A stretch of DNA of 39,630 nucleotides from Actinomycetes bacterium (GCA_021803005.1 JAJZQT010000010.1:1-39630); one strand, 5' to 3'. Shown: positions 7,663-16,413, counted from the stretch's first letter. Numbers and translations are program-made. Notes: generated by a model not told the origin, from the letters alone.

Positions 7663-8883
7663 CTAGATGGCCATCAGGCGGATGAACTCGTCCTGGAATT
7701 TTTTATTCAGCGGCAGGGCGACATGGCGGATGCGACCGCGAATCTCCTCCAGCGCGCCCCTGCCATCGCCGCCCAGCATCAGCACGGCTCCCTGGCAGGC
7801 GGCGTCGGCGACCACCTCGATGCGGTCGTTGGGAAGATCGGGGAACATCTTCAGCAGGCGGGCGTTGTCGAGGTTGATATAACTCCCGAAGGTGCCGGTG
7901 ATCAACATGCGGCCCAGATCTTCGCTGCCGAGCTTCATCCTCAGCACCGATATGGCCGCATGCACCGAAGCCTTGACCAGCTGGAAGGAACGTATGTCAT
8001 GCTGGCTGACGGTGATCGCCTCTTCGCCCCCGGCGACGACCACGGGGCCCTCACGCAGCAGCCGGCCGCTTTCGTCCACCCAGCCGTTCCTCCTCATCCC
8101 GGCGATGATGTCAATAAGGCCCGAGCCGCAGATGCCGCGGGGCTCTCCGTCTCCGACCACTGAGTATTCAAAGCCGCCGTGCCGAAGCTCGGCCTTGTAG
8201 ATGGCGCCTTCTGTCGCCGAAAGGCCGAAGGACATATGCGTGTCCTCATAGGCCGGACCGGCGGGGCTCGATGCCACCAGGATCTTCTCACGGTTGCCGA
8301 GCGCCATCTCGCAATTGGTGCCGACGTCGACGATGAGCTCGGTCTCGCCGCTCTCGGTCATGCCCACCAGCACGATGTCGGCCAGGGCGTCCGCGCCAAC
8401 GAAACCAAAGATCGGACGGGGAATAAACAGGTTGGCCGCGGGCAGGTTGAGGCCGAGCGAGGCGGCCGGCCCCTGGAAGTCTGCCGCGCCCTTGAGATTG
8501 TAGGGGGTGCCGCAAAGCGGACCCGGATCGGCATCGAGCATGAAGGCATACATGGCGGAGTTGCCGACGGCCGCCACCTCGCTGATCTCTCCCGGGCCGA
8601 TGCCGGCATTGGCGCACAGGCGCGAGATCGAGTCATCGATTGCGCCTATCACCTCGGCATGCAGCTCCGCCCGGGCGGAGGAGTCCCCGTCGGCCAGGCC
8701 CAGGCGGCTGGCGATATCGGCGCCGTGGCGCTGCTGGGGGTTGGGGATCACCAGCGTATCGAGCACGCCAGCGCCGCCCAGGTCCACCAGCCGGGACCAG
8801 ATGCTCGAGGTGCCAACGTCGATGGCGACGCCGTATCCCTTTTTTGAGGCATCGCCCTGATCGATCTCTGAGGTATTCATCAA
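7663..8883 (-). CDS. RACo/DUF4445-like ASKHA ATPase (corrinoid reductive-activase C-terminal domain only)
   Basis: 406 aa. 'YGVAIDVGTSSI', 'LIVDVGTNCEMALG', 'SSPAGPAYE', 'GICGSGLIDIIAGM', 'ITVSQHDIRSFQLVKASVHA', 'ITGTFGSYINLDNA' resemble the ASKHA domain of corrinoid activation proteins. No ferredoxin-type Cys cluster is visible. Confidence 0.65.
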   Translation of the reverse strand: MMNTSEIDQGDASKKGYGVAIDVGTSSIWSRLVDLGGAGVLDTLVIPNPQQRHGADIASRLGLADGDSSARAELHAEVIGAIDDSISRLCANAGIGPGEISEVAAVGNSAMYAFMLDADPGPLCGTPYNLKGAADFQGPAASLGLNLPAANLFIPRPIFGFVGADALADIVLVGMTESGETELIVDVGTNCEMALGNREKILVASSPAGPAYEDTHMSFGLSATEGAIYKAELRHGGFEYSVVGDGEPRGICGSGLIDIIAGMRRNGWVDESGRLLREGPVVVAGGEEAITVSQHDIRSFQLVKASVHAAISVLRMKLGSEDLGRMLITGTFGSYINLDNARLLKMFPDLPNDRIEVVADAACQGAVLMLGGDGRGALEEIRGRIRHVALPLNKKFQDEFIRLMAI

Positions 8884-9052
8884 AGTGATAGCGTGTCCAG
8901 GGTATTCAAAGTAACTTGGAATGTGGCGCCTCCCGGGCGGAAACTTCCCGCAACGGCAGGCAAAAACAAAAATCAGCGTAGCAGAAAAGGCGGGGGCTCA
9001 CAAACGCGCCGCGCCGCCGTCTCCCGGCCGGCAATCTCGCTTGCGACCCGCT

Positions 9053-9068
9053 CTTTATCACGATAAAG
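9053..9068. promoter_or_regulatory. 16-bp palindrome CTTTATC-AC-GATAAAG in the divergent control region
   Basis: A perfect 7+7 inverted repeat in the 370-bp AT-richer spacer between the RACo-like gene and the plus-strand radical SAM operon. Operator function is inferred. Confidence 0.35.
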
Positions 9069-9253
9069 CTCGTGGTAATAGGCGTATTTGTCTGATAAAC
9101 TTATTGCAGGTAAAGGGTGAGGGAAAGCTCGGGGTTAAGCTTCGTTAGACCATGTCTTCAAAGGTTTTTTCGCTCTTCTCTCAAAGTCTCGTTCAAGTAT
9201 TATTGTTGCAGGACGTGCACATCGCTGCGCCGATTCGACCGGGGAGCGGTTAA

Positions 9254-10705
9254 TTGAAGTCAATGGTCATACTGCCATCCTGGAAGCCGGATGACATCTA
9301 TCCGTCCAAGCTGGCAAAGTCCGCTATCAGCTACCAGCACCCGCTGGGGCTACTTTATATAGCCACCTGCATCCAGGAGGCCGGCCACGAAGTTCAACTC
9401 GTCGACGGCGCTTTCTGGACTCACAGCGAGGTCATCGACAAGGTCCGTGATTTTCAGCCCGGCTTTGTCGGCATCTCGGCCAATGCTTCCCTGTGGACCA
9501 AGGCGATGAAGACGGCGGCCGGCATCAAGGCCCTCGATCCCTCCATCCACGTGACCGTGGCCGGGCCCTATCCCTCGGCGGTGGAAGAAAAGTGCCTGGA
9601 GCAGTGCGGCGACCTGGATTCCATCGTCGTCGGCGAAGGCGAGGAGACCGTCCCCGAACTGATCGCCCGGCTGGAACAGGGCGAGAGCCTGGCCGGCGTC
9701 GCCGGCGTGGCCTTCCGCGCCGATGACGGCGCCATCGTCAAGAACGAGCCGCGGCCGCTCATCGAGGACCTCGACAGCATCCCCATCCCCCGGCGCGAGC
9801 TTCTGGGAGACTTTAACAAGTATGAGTCGCCGCCCGGCAGCTACAAGGAAAAGCCCATCGCCATCGTCATGAGCTCGCGCGGCTGCAAAGCGCACTGCAT
9901 CTACTGTTTCCAGATGAAGGGCGAGCGGCGCATCCGTTTCCGCAGCGTCGGGAACGTGGTCAGGGAGATTGAGGAGCTGGTGAACCGGTACGGCTTCCGC
10001 GAGATCCGCTTCCTGGACGAGACCTTCACCGCCGACCGCGACCGCGCCTTCGAGATCCTCCGCCGGCTCAAGTCAAAGCGGCTCAACTTCAGCTTCTATG
10101 TCTCCTCACGGGTCAACACCGTGGATTACGAGCTGCTCCGCGAGATGAAGAAGACCGGCTGCTGGGCCATCCTCTTCGGCGCCGAGAGCGGGGTGCAGAA
10201 GAACCTCAACACCATGAAGAAGGGCATCAACCTCGACCAGACCCGCGCCGCGGTGAAGGCGGCCAAGAAGGCCGGGCTCAAGGTGTACACGCCTTTCATC
10301 ATCGGCATCCCCGGCGAGACCTACGAAGAGGCGCTTGAGACCATCGATTTCGCCATCGAGCTCGACCCCCATTACGCCAACTTTCACTCGATGACCCCTT
10401 TCCCCGGGACCGAGCTTTATGAAAATATAGAGAATTACGGCACCATGTCCGCCGACACCGACGACTACACTTTCGAGGGAGGGGCTTTCGTGCCCTATAC
10501 GATGACCCGGGAGCAGATCGACGAGCTGCGCACGCTGGCTTTCCGGAAGTTTTACTCCAGGCCCAAATTCATCGCCCGGCGGCTGCTGGAGGTCCGCAGC
10601 TGGTACGATTTCCGCACGGTGATGAAGGGCGCTTCCAGCTTCTTCTGGCTGTGGGCAAAACGCGATTCGCTCGTGGTCAGGAAGGAAAGGGCGGCAGCCA
10701 AATGA
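9254..10705 (+). CDS. B12-binding-domain radical SAM protein (class B / COG1032-type)
   Basis: The N-terminal Rossmann-like segment 'LGLLYIATCIQEAGHEVQLVDG...VVGEGEETVPEL' is B12-binding-domain-like. 'SSRGCKAHCIYC' is a CxxxCxxC motif. TTG start with GGGGAG 7 nt upstream. Confidence 0.85.
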   Translation: MKSMVILPSWKPDDIYPSKLAKSAISYQHPLGLLYIATCIQEAGHEVQLVDGAFWTHSEVIDKVRDFQPGFVGISANASLWTKAMKTAAGIKALDPSIHVTVAGPYPSAVEEKCLEQCGDLDSIVVGEGEETVPELIARLEQGESLAGVAGVAFRADDGAIVKNEPRPLIEDLDSIPIPRRELLGDFNKYESPPGSYKEKPIAIVMSSRGCKAHCIYCFQMKGERRIRFRSVGNVVREIEELVNRYGFREIRFLDETFTADRDRAFEILRRLKSKRLNFSFYVSSRVNTVDYELLREMKKTGCWAILFGAESGVQKNLNTMKKGINLDQTRAAVKAAKKAGLKVYTPFIIGIPGETYEEALETIDFAIELDPHYANFHSMTPFPGTELYENIENYGTMSADTDDYTFEGGAFVPYTMTREQIDELRTLAFRKFYSRPKFIARRLLEVRSWYDFRTVMKGASSFFWLWAKRDSLVVRKERAAAK

Positions 10706-11802
10706 GCCGTCCCGTCAGCGAGATCCCGCCGGAAGCGCGCCCCGTGTCTGCGGCGAAGGTAAAGCCGCTGAGCGCTACCGCGCAGCCCAAGGTCTCGGTC
10801 GTCATCCCCATCTACAACGGCGCCGGCTCGATCACGCCGGTCATGGAGGCGCTCTTCAAGTCGACCTACGGGAATTTCGAGGCGGTCGTCATCCACGACT
10901 GCTCCACGGACAACAGCGGCGAGGTGCTGGACCGGCTGGCCGGGCAATACGATTTCCGCCTTTTCGAGTTCCCGGAAAACCGCGGCGTCTCCAAGGCGCG
11001 CAACGAGGGCGCCCGGCGGGCCAAGGGCGAGGTCATCCTCTTCATCGACGCCGACTGCATCATCAGGTCCGATACGATCGAGCGTTGCGTCAGGGCGCTG
11101 CAGAAGGGGGAAAGCATCTGCGTCGGCGGCGCCTACACCTGCGATGCCTGGGACCAGGATTTCTTCAGCAACTTCCAGTCGCTCTACATCCATCATGTCG
11201 AGACCAAGGTGGAGCATCCGGACTACATCGCCACCCACTGCATGGCTATCTGGAAGAAGGCTTACGACGAGTTCGGCGGCTTCAAGGAAGACTATTTCAT
11301 CGGCCACGCCGCCAGCGTCGAGGACGTCGAGCTCTCACACCGGCTGATCAGGGCCGGGCATCAGCTGTCGCGGCCGGCGGACATCCAGGTGCAGCACATT
11401 TTCGGCTTCAGCTTCAGCAAGTCGATCCGCAACGCCGTCAAGAAGAGCAAGTACTGGACCATGTATTCACTTCACAGGCGCGACGTCATGAAGGATTCCG
11501 GCGCCGCCTCCCACGAGCTCAAGGTCAACGTGGGCACGCAGACGATCAACGTCTGCCTGGTGGCGGCCGCGGCGGTAACGCGCAGCTGGTGGCCGCTGAT
11601 GGGAGTCATGTTCCTCTACGGCGTCAACACCGCCGTCAGCTACAACCTGCTGCGGCTGATAAAGCAGGAAAGAGACTGGTGGTTCCTGATCCGGGCCATG
11701 GGTTACTACCAGTTCGTCTATCCCTTCGCCGTCGCCTACGGCGCCTTCATGGGAATCCTCAAATATATCTGGGAAGTGAAGCTTACCCGGCGCTACTCCT
11801 AG
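10702..11802 (+). CDS. Family 2 glycosyltransferase with C-terminal transmembrane helices
   Basis: 'VSVVIPIYNGAGS', 'DCSTDNSGEVL', 'NRGVSKARNEG', DXD-like 'FIDADC', and C-terminal hydrophobic helices. ATG 10702 overlaps the upstream TGA (ATGA). Confidence 0.85.
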   Translation: MSRPVSEIPPEARPVSAAKVKPLSATAQPKVSVVIPIYNGAGSITPVMEALFKSTYGNFEAVVIHDCSTDNSGEVLDRLAGQYDFRLFEFPENRGVSKARNEGARRAKGEVILFIDADCIIRSDTIERCVRALQKGESICVGGAYTCDAWDQDFFSNFQSLYIHHVETKVEHPDYIATHCMAIWKKAYDEFGGFKEDYFIGHAASVEDVELSHRLIRAGHQLSRPADIQVQHIFGFSFSKSIRNAVKKSKYWTMYSLHRRDVMKDSGAASHELKVNVGTQTINVCLVAAAAVTRSWWPLMGVMFLYGVNTAVSYNLLRLIKQERDWWFLIRAMGYYQFVYPFAVAYGAFMGILKYIWEVKLTRRYS

Positions 11803-11821
11803 ATGTTAGGCTATAGTAAGG

Positions 11822-11845
11822 CCCGGCGGCGTTCGCCGGCTTTTT
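11822..11845 (+). terminator. Weak intra-operon terminator/attenuator-like hairpin (6-bp GC stem ccggcg/cgccgg, 5-nt loop, TTTTT)
   Basis: Read directly. The T-tract ends 4 nt before the ATG of the next gene (11850). Confidence 0.35.
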
Positions 11846-11849
11846 CCCG

Positions 11850-12938
11850 ATGCCCATGAACTCGTCGCTCAAGTACATCCCTTCGATCTTCTACAAGCGC
11901 CAGCCGCTGCAGTTCACCTTTTTCGTGACCTCGCGCTGCAACGCCCGCTGCCCCTTCTGCTTCTACTGGCAGGACCGGCACGCCGGGCAGGACGAACTGA
12001 CGGTGGACGAGGTCGAGAAGGTCGCCTCTTCCATGGGAAACCTGCTGTGGCTGCTTTTTTCCGGCGGCGAGATCTTCCTGCGCAAGGATCTTCCCGACCT
12101 GGTGGACGCTTTCTACCGCCACAACCATCCCGTGATCATAACCCTGCCGACCAACGGCCTGGCGCCGGACCTGATCCTGCCGCGGACCGAGGAGATCCTC
12201 TCGCGCAGCCCGGAGAGCGCGGTTGTCTGCAAGATTTCCCTCGACGGCGTCGGCGAGGACCACGACCGCATCCGCAATACCCCGGGCAGCTTCGACAAGG
12301 CCATGGAGACCTACGAGGGGCTGCGGCGGCTGGGAGAGCGCCACAAGAACCTGCAACTGGGCATAAACACGGTTTTTTGCCGTGAGAACCAGGACGACAT
12401 GGACCGTATCATCGATTACGTCAACGGCATCCAGGGATGCGAGACCCACACCATTTCCATGATCCGCGGCAATCCGGCGGACGGTTCCTTTAAGGAAATC
12501 GACCTGGAGAAATACCGCCGGGCCGTGGAGCGCCTCGAAGACGACTTGAAAGGCGGCAACGCAAAGATGTACCATTTTACCCTGGCCCGGTTAAAGACGG
12601 CCCAGGACCTGGTGCAGCGGCGCCTGATCTACGAGACCATACGGCAGGGAAGGCGGCTGCTGCCCTGTTATGCCGGCCGCATCGGGGCCGTCATGAGCGA
12701 AACGGGGGACATCTTCCCTTGCGAGATCCTTGACGACAGGATGGGCAACGTCAGGGAGTCGGGCTATGACTTTCCCAAGGTTTTTTTCTCGGAACAGGCT
12801 GATGCTGTCCGGGCCAAGATCAACAGTACCCGATGCTACTGTTCACACGAGTGTTATTTCGTCACAAACATTTTATTCAATCCGCTAAAGTACGGACGGG
12901 TGCTCGGTCAGTACCTGGCCTTGACGGGGAAGAGCTAA
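11850..12938 (+). CDS. Radical SAM protein with C-terminal SPASM/twitch-like Cys cluster
   Basis: 'FFVTSRCNARCPFCFY' (CxxxCxxC), 'FSGGEIFL', and C-terminal 'LPCYAG...IFPCEIL...TRCYCSHECYF'. Confidence 0.85.
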   Translation: MPMNSSLKYIPSIFYKRQPLQFTFFVTSRCNARCPFCFYWQDRHAGQDELTVDEVEKVASSMGNLLWLLFSGGEIFLRKDLPDLVDAFYRHNHPVIITLPTNGLAPDLILPRTEEILSRSPESAVVCKISLDGVGEDHDRIRNTPGSFDKAMETYEGLRRLGERHKNLQLGINTVFCRENQDDMDRIIDYVNGIQGCETHTISMIRGNPADGSFKEIDLEKYRRAVERLEDDLKGGNAKMYHFTLARLKTAQDLVQRRLIYETIRQGRRLLPCYAGRIGAVMSETGDIFPCEILDDRMGNVRESGYDFPKVFFSEQADAVRAKINSTRCYCSHECYFVTNILFNPLKYGRVLGQYLALTGKS

Positions 12939-12994
12939 CCATCAAGCGCTGCGCCGCGTACGAATCGGCTGCCACCATCGAGCCGGCCGCGCCG

Positions 12995-14662
12995 TTGCCG
13001 CTCGCGGAGCGCGTCCGCGAGAGGGCGCCGCGGCTGGCGCTGGTCCTGAGCCTCGGCGCCATCCTGCTGTTCGTGCTGCTTATCACCCTTCCATTTATCA
13101 ATCAGCCGTTCCACATGGATGACGGCACCTTCCTTGATTTCGCCAAGGTCAACCTGGTCCATCCTTTCCAGCAGCACATCCCCGACTATCATCTCATGGG
13201 GGTTGACATAACTGCTTTCCGTGATACCCATCCGGCGCTGGACTGGCTCTATATCACGGCCCTGATGAAGCTGACCGGCAGTGATTCCGAGCGGGTGCTG
13301 CACCTGGGCTACATTATCTTCCCGCTGACGGCCGCGGTCTCCATGTTCTTCCTCTCGCGGCGGTTTATCAGCAACGCCCTGCTGGCGACGCTGCTGCTCC
13401 TGGCGACGCCGGCGCTGATGACAGCCTCGCACACGCTGATGGGAGACATGCCGCTGCTGGCGCTCTGGCTGGCGGCCACCGCCATCTACATCTACGGGGT
13501 CGACCGGGACGACATGCGGCTGCTGCCGCTAGCGGGCGTGGCCACGACCCTCGCCATCTTTGCCGGATACCAGGGCCTGGCGCTGCTGGCGCTGCTGCCG
13601 GCGTATGCCTGGCTCAACCACAGGCTATCCTGGAGGACGGCGCTGCCGCTGCTGCTGCCGGCTGCCACTTTCAGCCTCTACACCATCTACAACTACATCG
13701 ATTACGGCGGGCCCCCGCGCTTCACCCACGCCGGGGGGCTCAGCCTGCAGGAAGGAGACCTGTTCGGCAGGTTCCAGGGCGCGCTGCTGCAGGTGGGCGG
13801 CGCTTCGGTCTTCCCGCTGGCGCTGGCGGGCATTTTCTGTCTGCGCCGCCGGCGTTATTTCCTGCTCGTGGCGGTGGGGGCTACCGTGTCGGCCTGGGGA
13901 GCCTACCATTACCGCTATGACGCCTACACCGCGGCGGCGGCGGTGCTGTTTGTGATATTCATGACCGCGGTTGTGATGGCGCTGCTGTCGATCGCAACCG
14001 ATGGCATCGGGCAGCTGCGCCGTATCGTCAAGCGGCTCGATTTCGACGCCGACTTTGTCTTCCTGGCGCTGTGGCTGATATCGATGCTGGCGGCCGTGAT
14101 CGTGCTGCTGCCGCACTCCACCGCCAAGTACAGCCTTCCCTTCCTGGCGCCGCTGATTCTGCTGATCTTCCGCGAGGCGGAGGCAAGGATCGCGTCGCGG
14201 ACCCCGCTGATGCTGATCATGTCCCTGGCCGTACTCTTCACCCTGGCCTCCGGGGTGGTTGTTTCCGCGGCCGATTACCAGCTGGCTGAGACCTACAGGG
14301 ATTACGCCCTGAGCTTCAACCGCAGCTATCAGACCGGGGGCACCGTCTGGTTCGTGGGGGAATGGGGATTCCGCCATTACATGGAATCCCAGGGATACCG
14401 GTACCTGACAACCGACAGCACGGCGCCGTCTCCCGGAGACCTGATCGTCAAACCGAGGCTGAGCGAATGGCCGCTGGCCGGCCAGGTTACCAGCCGCATG
14501 AAATTGATCGGCACTACCGCCGTGGAGGGAACGCTGCCGGTGAGGGTGATGAGCTTCGAGGCTGGAGCCGGCCTCTACGGAAACTTCTGGGGGCCCCTGC
14601 CCTATTCGATCTTGGACGCGCCGATCGAACGGTTCGACGTCTACCAGGTATCTGATTCCTAG
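12995..14662 (+). CDS. Polytopic membrane protein, candidate GT-C-fold (ArnT/PMT-like) glycosyltransferase
   Basis: About 12 hydrophobic helices, an acidic first-loop motif 'FHMDDGTFLDF' after TM1, and a ~130-aa soluble C-terminal domain. The start is uncertain: TTG 12995 chosen; ATG 12833 would overlap the upstream gene by 106 nt. Confidence 0.6.
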   Translation: MPLAERVRERAPRLALVLSLGAILLFVLLITLPFINQPFHMDDGTFLDFAKVNLVHPFQQHIPDYHLMGVDITAFRDTHPALDWLYITALMKLTGSDSERVLHLGYIIFPLTAAVSMFFLSRRFISNALLATLLLLATPALMTASHTLMGDMPLLALWLAATAIYIYGVDRDDMRLLPLAGVATTLAIFAGYQGLALLALLPAYAWLNHRLSWRTALPLLLPAATFSLYTIYNYIDYGGPPRFTHAGGLSLQEGDLFGRFQGALLQVGGASVFPLALAGIFCLRRRRYFLLVAVGATVSAWGAYHYRYDAYTAAAAVLFVIFMTAVVMALLSIATDGIGQLRRIVKRLDFDADFVFLALWLISMLAAVIVLLPHSTAKYSLPFLAPLILLIFREAEARIASRTPLMLIMSLAVLFTLASGVVVSAADYQLAETYRDYALSFNRSYQTGGTVWFVGEWGFRHYMESQGYRYLTTDSTAPSPGDLIVKPRLSEWPLAGQVTSRMKLIGTTAVEGTLPVRVMSFEAGAGLYGNFWGPLPYSILDAPIERFDVYQVSDS

Positions 14663-16095
14663 TCAAACATCAAGCGTATGCTTTTCAGGTAATTCCTCAT
14701 CACGCGGACGGATGTCATTTTCCGCAGGTGCCTGAGCATGATGTTTGGCCGCAGGTAAAATCGGCGGTAGGCCCGCCTGGGAGCGTTGGCAAGCTGCTCC
14801 CGCGTCACGTGTTTGTGGCGATAGACCGGCTTGCCCATCACGTCGTAATCGTACCAATTTTCAGTGAGCAGCAAGCCTTCTGCCCGGTATCTCTCAAATT
14901 CCTGCGTGCCCGGGAACGGCACCATGACGCCAAACCCGGCGCTGTCGAGTCCGATCTCGCGGGAAAAATCAATCGTCTCCTGCATCGTTTCGGGAGTCTC
15001 GTCAACGAACCCAAAAAGGAAGTACCCATGTGCGGAAATGCCGGCCTGCCGGGTGGCCTGCACGGCCGTAGCCACCTTTTCCCTGGTGATGTTCTTGATC
15101 TCCTCGAGCATGGCGGCATTGCCCACCTCGATGCCATACTGAATGAGCCGGCAACCGGCCTTTTTCATCGCTGACAGCATTTCTGCATCGACCTCGTTGG
15201 CACGGGCGCTGCAGGTCCAGGCGATATCAAGGTTGCGCTCGTTTATCAGGCGGCAAATCTCCAGCAGGCGCTTTCGATTGCAGATCATCGACGGATCGCG
15301 GAAGGAAAATGTGGTCACGGCGTAATCTCGGTACAGCCAGGTCATCTCATCGACGATATTCCCGGCGCCGCGAAGCCGGTACCTCTTTCCCTGTTGAGCG
15401 GTTACGTCACAAAAACAGCAATTATAAGGGCAGCCGCGGCCGCTGATGATACAGGAGAAATTCCCACTTTTGCCCCACGCGGGAAACGGGTTGTAAAATG
15501 CCGGCTCGGGCAGCAGGTCGTGCGCGGGAAAGGGCAGCCCGTCGAGATCCATGTTTCTGTTCCTGGTTGCGGTCGTAACCGTCCCGGACTCGCCGGGAAT
15601 TACCAGCCCGGGCACCGTTTCCAGGTCAACGCCGGCGGCGACAGCATTGCAGATGTCGCGCATGGTCTCCTCGCCCTCACCAATTACCGCGACATCGACG
15701 TCAGGTCCGCTCACGGCGTCCGCGGGCAGGGCGGTCACGTGCGGCCCTCCCACCACGGTCAGGACTTTCGAAGCTCCTTGCTTGACGATTCCGGCCAGCT
15801 TCCGGGCGTCGGGCCATTGGGGCGTCAGGGACGAGATACCGACCACATGCGGCTGAAAAGATTTGATCGTGTTGCGGATATCACTTGTGGTGGTTCCCAT
15901 CGAGTAGGCATCGATGATGCGGACCTCGTGGCCTGCCTGGCGGGCCGTCGCAGCCACATAAGCCAGACCCAGGGGCTGCGTTGAGATCCAGGGACGCTCG
16001 ATCTCGTCCTTCCAGAGGCCGCGAGGAGGCGTCATCAGAAGAACCCTGCATCCCGAATTTGTTTCCTTCATCCTGTTCCCGTCATCTGCCCGCAC
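14659..16095 (-). CDS. B12-binding-domain radical SAM protein (tandem paralog 2)
   Basis: 'LGLAYVAATARQAGHEVRIIDA', 'VIGEGEETMRDI', 'SGRGCPYNCCFCDV'. Collinear with the 16414-17838 product. Start is GTG 16095 or ATG 16071. Confidence 0.85.
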   Translation of the reverse strand: MRADDGNRMKETNSGCRVLLMTPPRGLWKDEIERPWISTQPLGLAYVAATARQAGHEVRIIDAYSMGTTTSDIRNTIKSFQPHVVGISSLTPQWPDARKLAGIVKQGASKVLTVVGGPHVTALPADAVSGPDVDVAVIGEGEETMRDICNAVAAGVDLETVPGLVIPGESGTVTTATRNRNMDLDGLPFPAHDLLPEPAFYNPFPAWGKSGNFSCIISGRGCPYNCCFCDVTAQQGKRYRLRGAGNIVDEMTWLYRDYAVTTFSFRDPSMICNRKRLLEICRLINERNLDIAWTCSARANEVDAEMLSAMKKAGCRLIQYGIEVGNAAMLEEIKNITREKVATAVQATRQAGISAHGYFLFGFVDETPETMQETIDFSREIGLDSAGFGVMVPFPGTQEFERYRAEGLLLTENWYDYDVMGKPVYRHKHVTREQLANAPRRAYRRFYLRPNIMLRHLRKMTSVRVMRNYLKSIRLMFD

Positions 16096-16326
16096 CGTCC
16101 GGCTGCGGGTGAATTACCGTTTTCCCCACGTATCCTGCTGCCGCGGAACAACTACATGTTCCGTGTCTCTCGAAAGGAAGATTGCTCGAACCCGCAGAGC
16201 TCTAGAAAGTCCAGAAAACCGTTGACTTAAAGAGGAAATCCTACCCACCCAAGCGCCCGAACTTAATAATCTGCACGCAAGGCCGCCGTTTCACTAGTGG
16301 CGTCTGCCCCATTATTCAATGTTACA

Positions 16327-16335
16327 ATTATAACA
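16327..16335 (-). promoter_or_regulatory. Extended -10 promoter candidate (TGTTATAAT on minus strand) for the downstream radical SAM paralog
   Basis: A perfect TGnTATAAT element. It lies after a GC hairpin (agccgg...ccggct, about 16352-16378) that could terminate the upstream gene. It would give a ~230-nt leader. Confidence 0.4.
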
Positions 16336-16413
16336 ATAACCGCGTCAAATGAGCCGGGAACCCGCTGGCGGCCGGCTTGCTCTTGATATAAATGTCCGTC
16401 TTGATCGGGCAAC

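Noticed and set aside
8921-9148. 75-aa plus-strand ORF in the divergent spacer
   Set aside because: The composition is Arg/Lys/Pro-rich, there is no RBS, and it spans the palindrome and probable promoter DNA. It is most likely non-coding.
8884-9253. Cobalamin riboswitch upstream of the plus-strand B12-radical SAM operon
   Set aside because: I found GGGAAAGC and GGGGTTAAGC strings, but not the GGTGnAAnTCC / CCCGC / B12-box arrangement. The evidence is too weak by eye. It should be settled with Infernal rather than claimed.
9152-9253. 33-codon ORF (MSSKVFSLFSQSLVQVLLLQDVHIAAPIRPGSG) ending at the TAA that abuts the TTG start of the first radical SAM gene: possible RiPP precursor or leader peptide
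   Set aside because: No Shine-Dalgarno sequence precedes its ATG. Its third-codon positions are AT-rich, unlike all confident genes here. It has no Cys or Gly-rich core typical of SPASM substrates. It is kept only as something to check by conservation.
12833-12994. Longer N-terminus (ATG 12833) for the polytopic membrane protein
   Set aside because: It would overlap the SPASM rSAM gene by 106 nt and add a basic, non-hydrophobic 54-aa extension with no RBS. TTG 12995 is preferred, but the true start remains uncertain.
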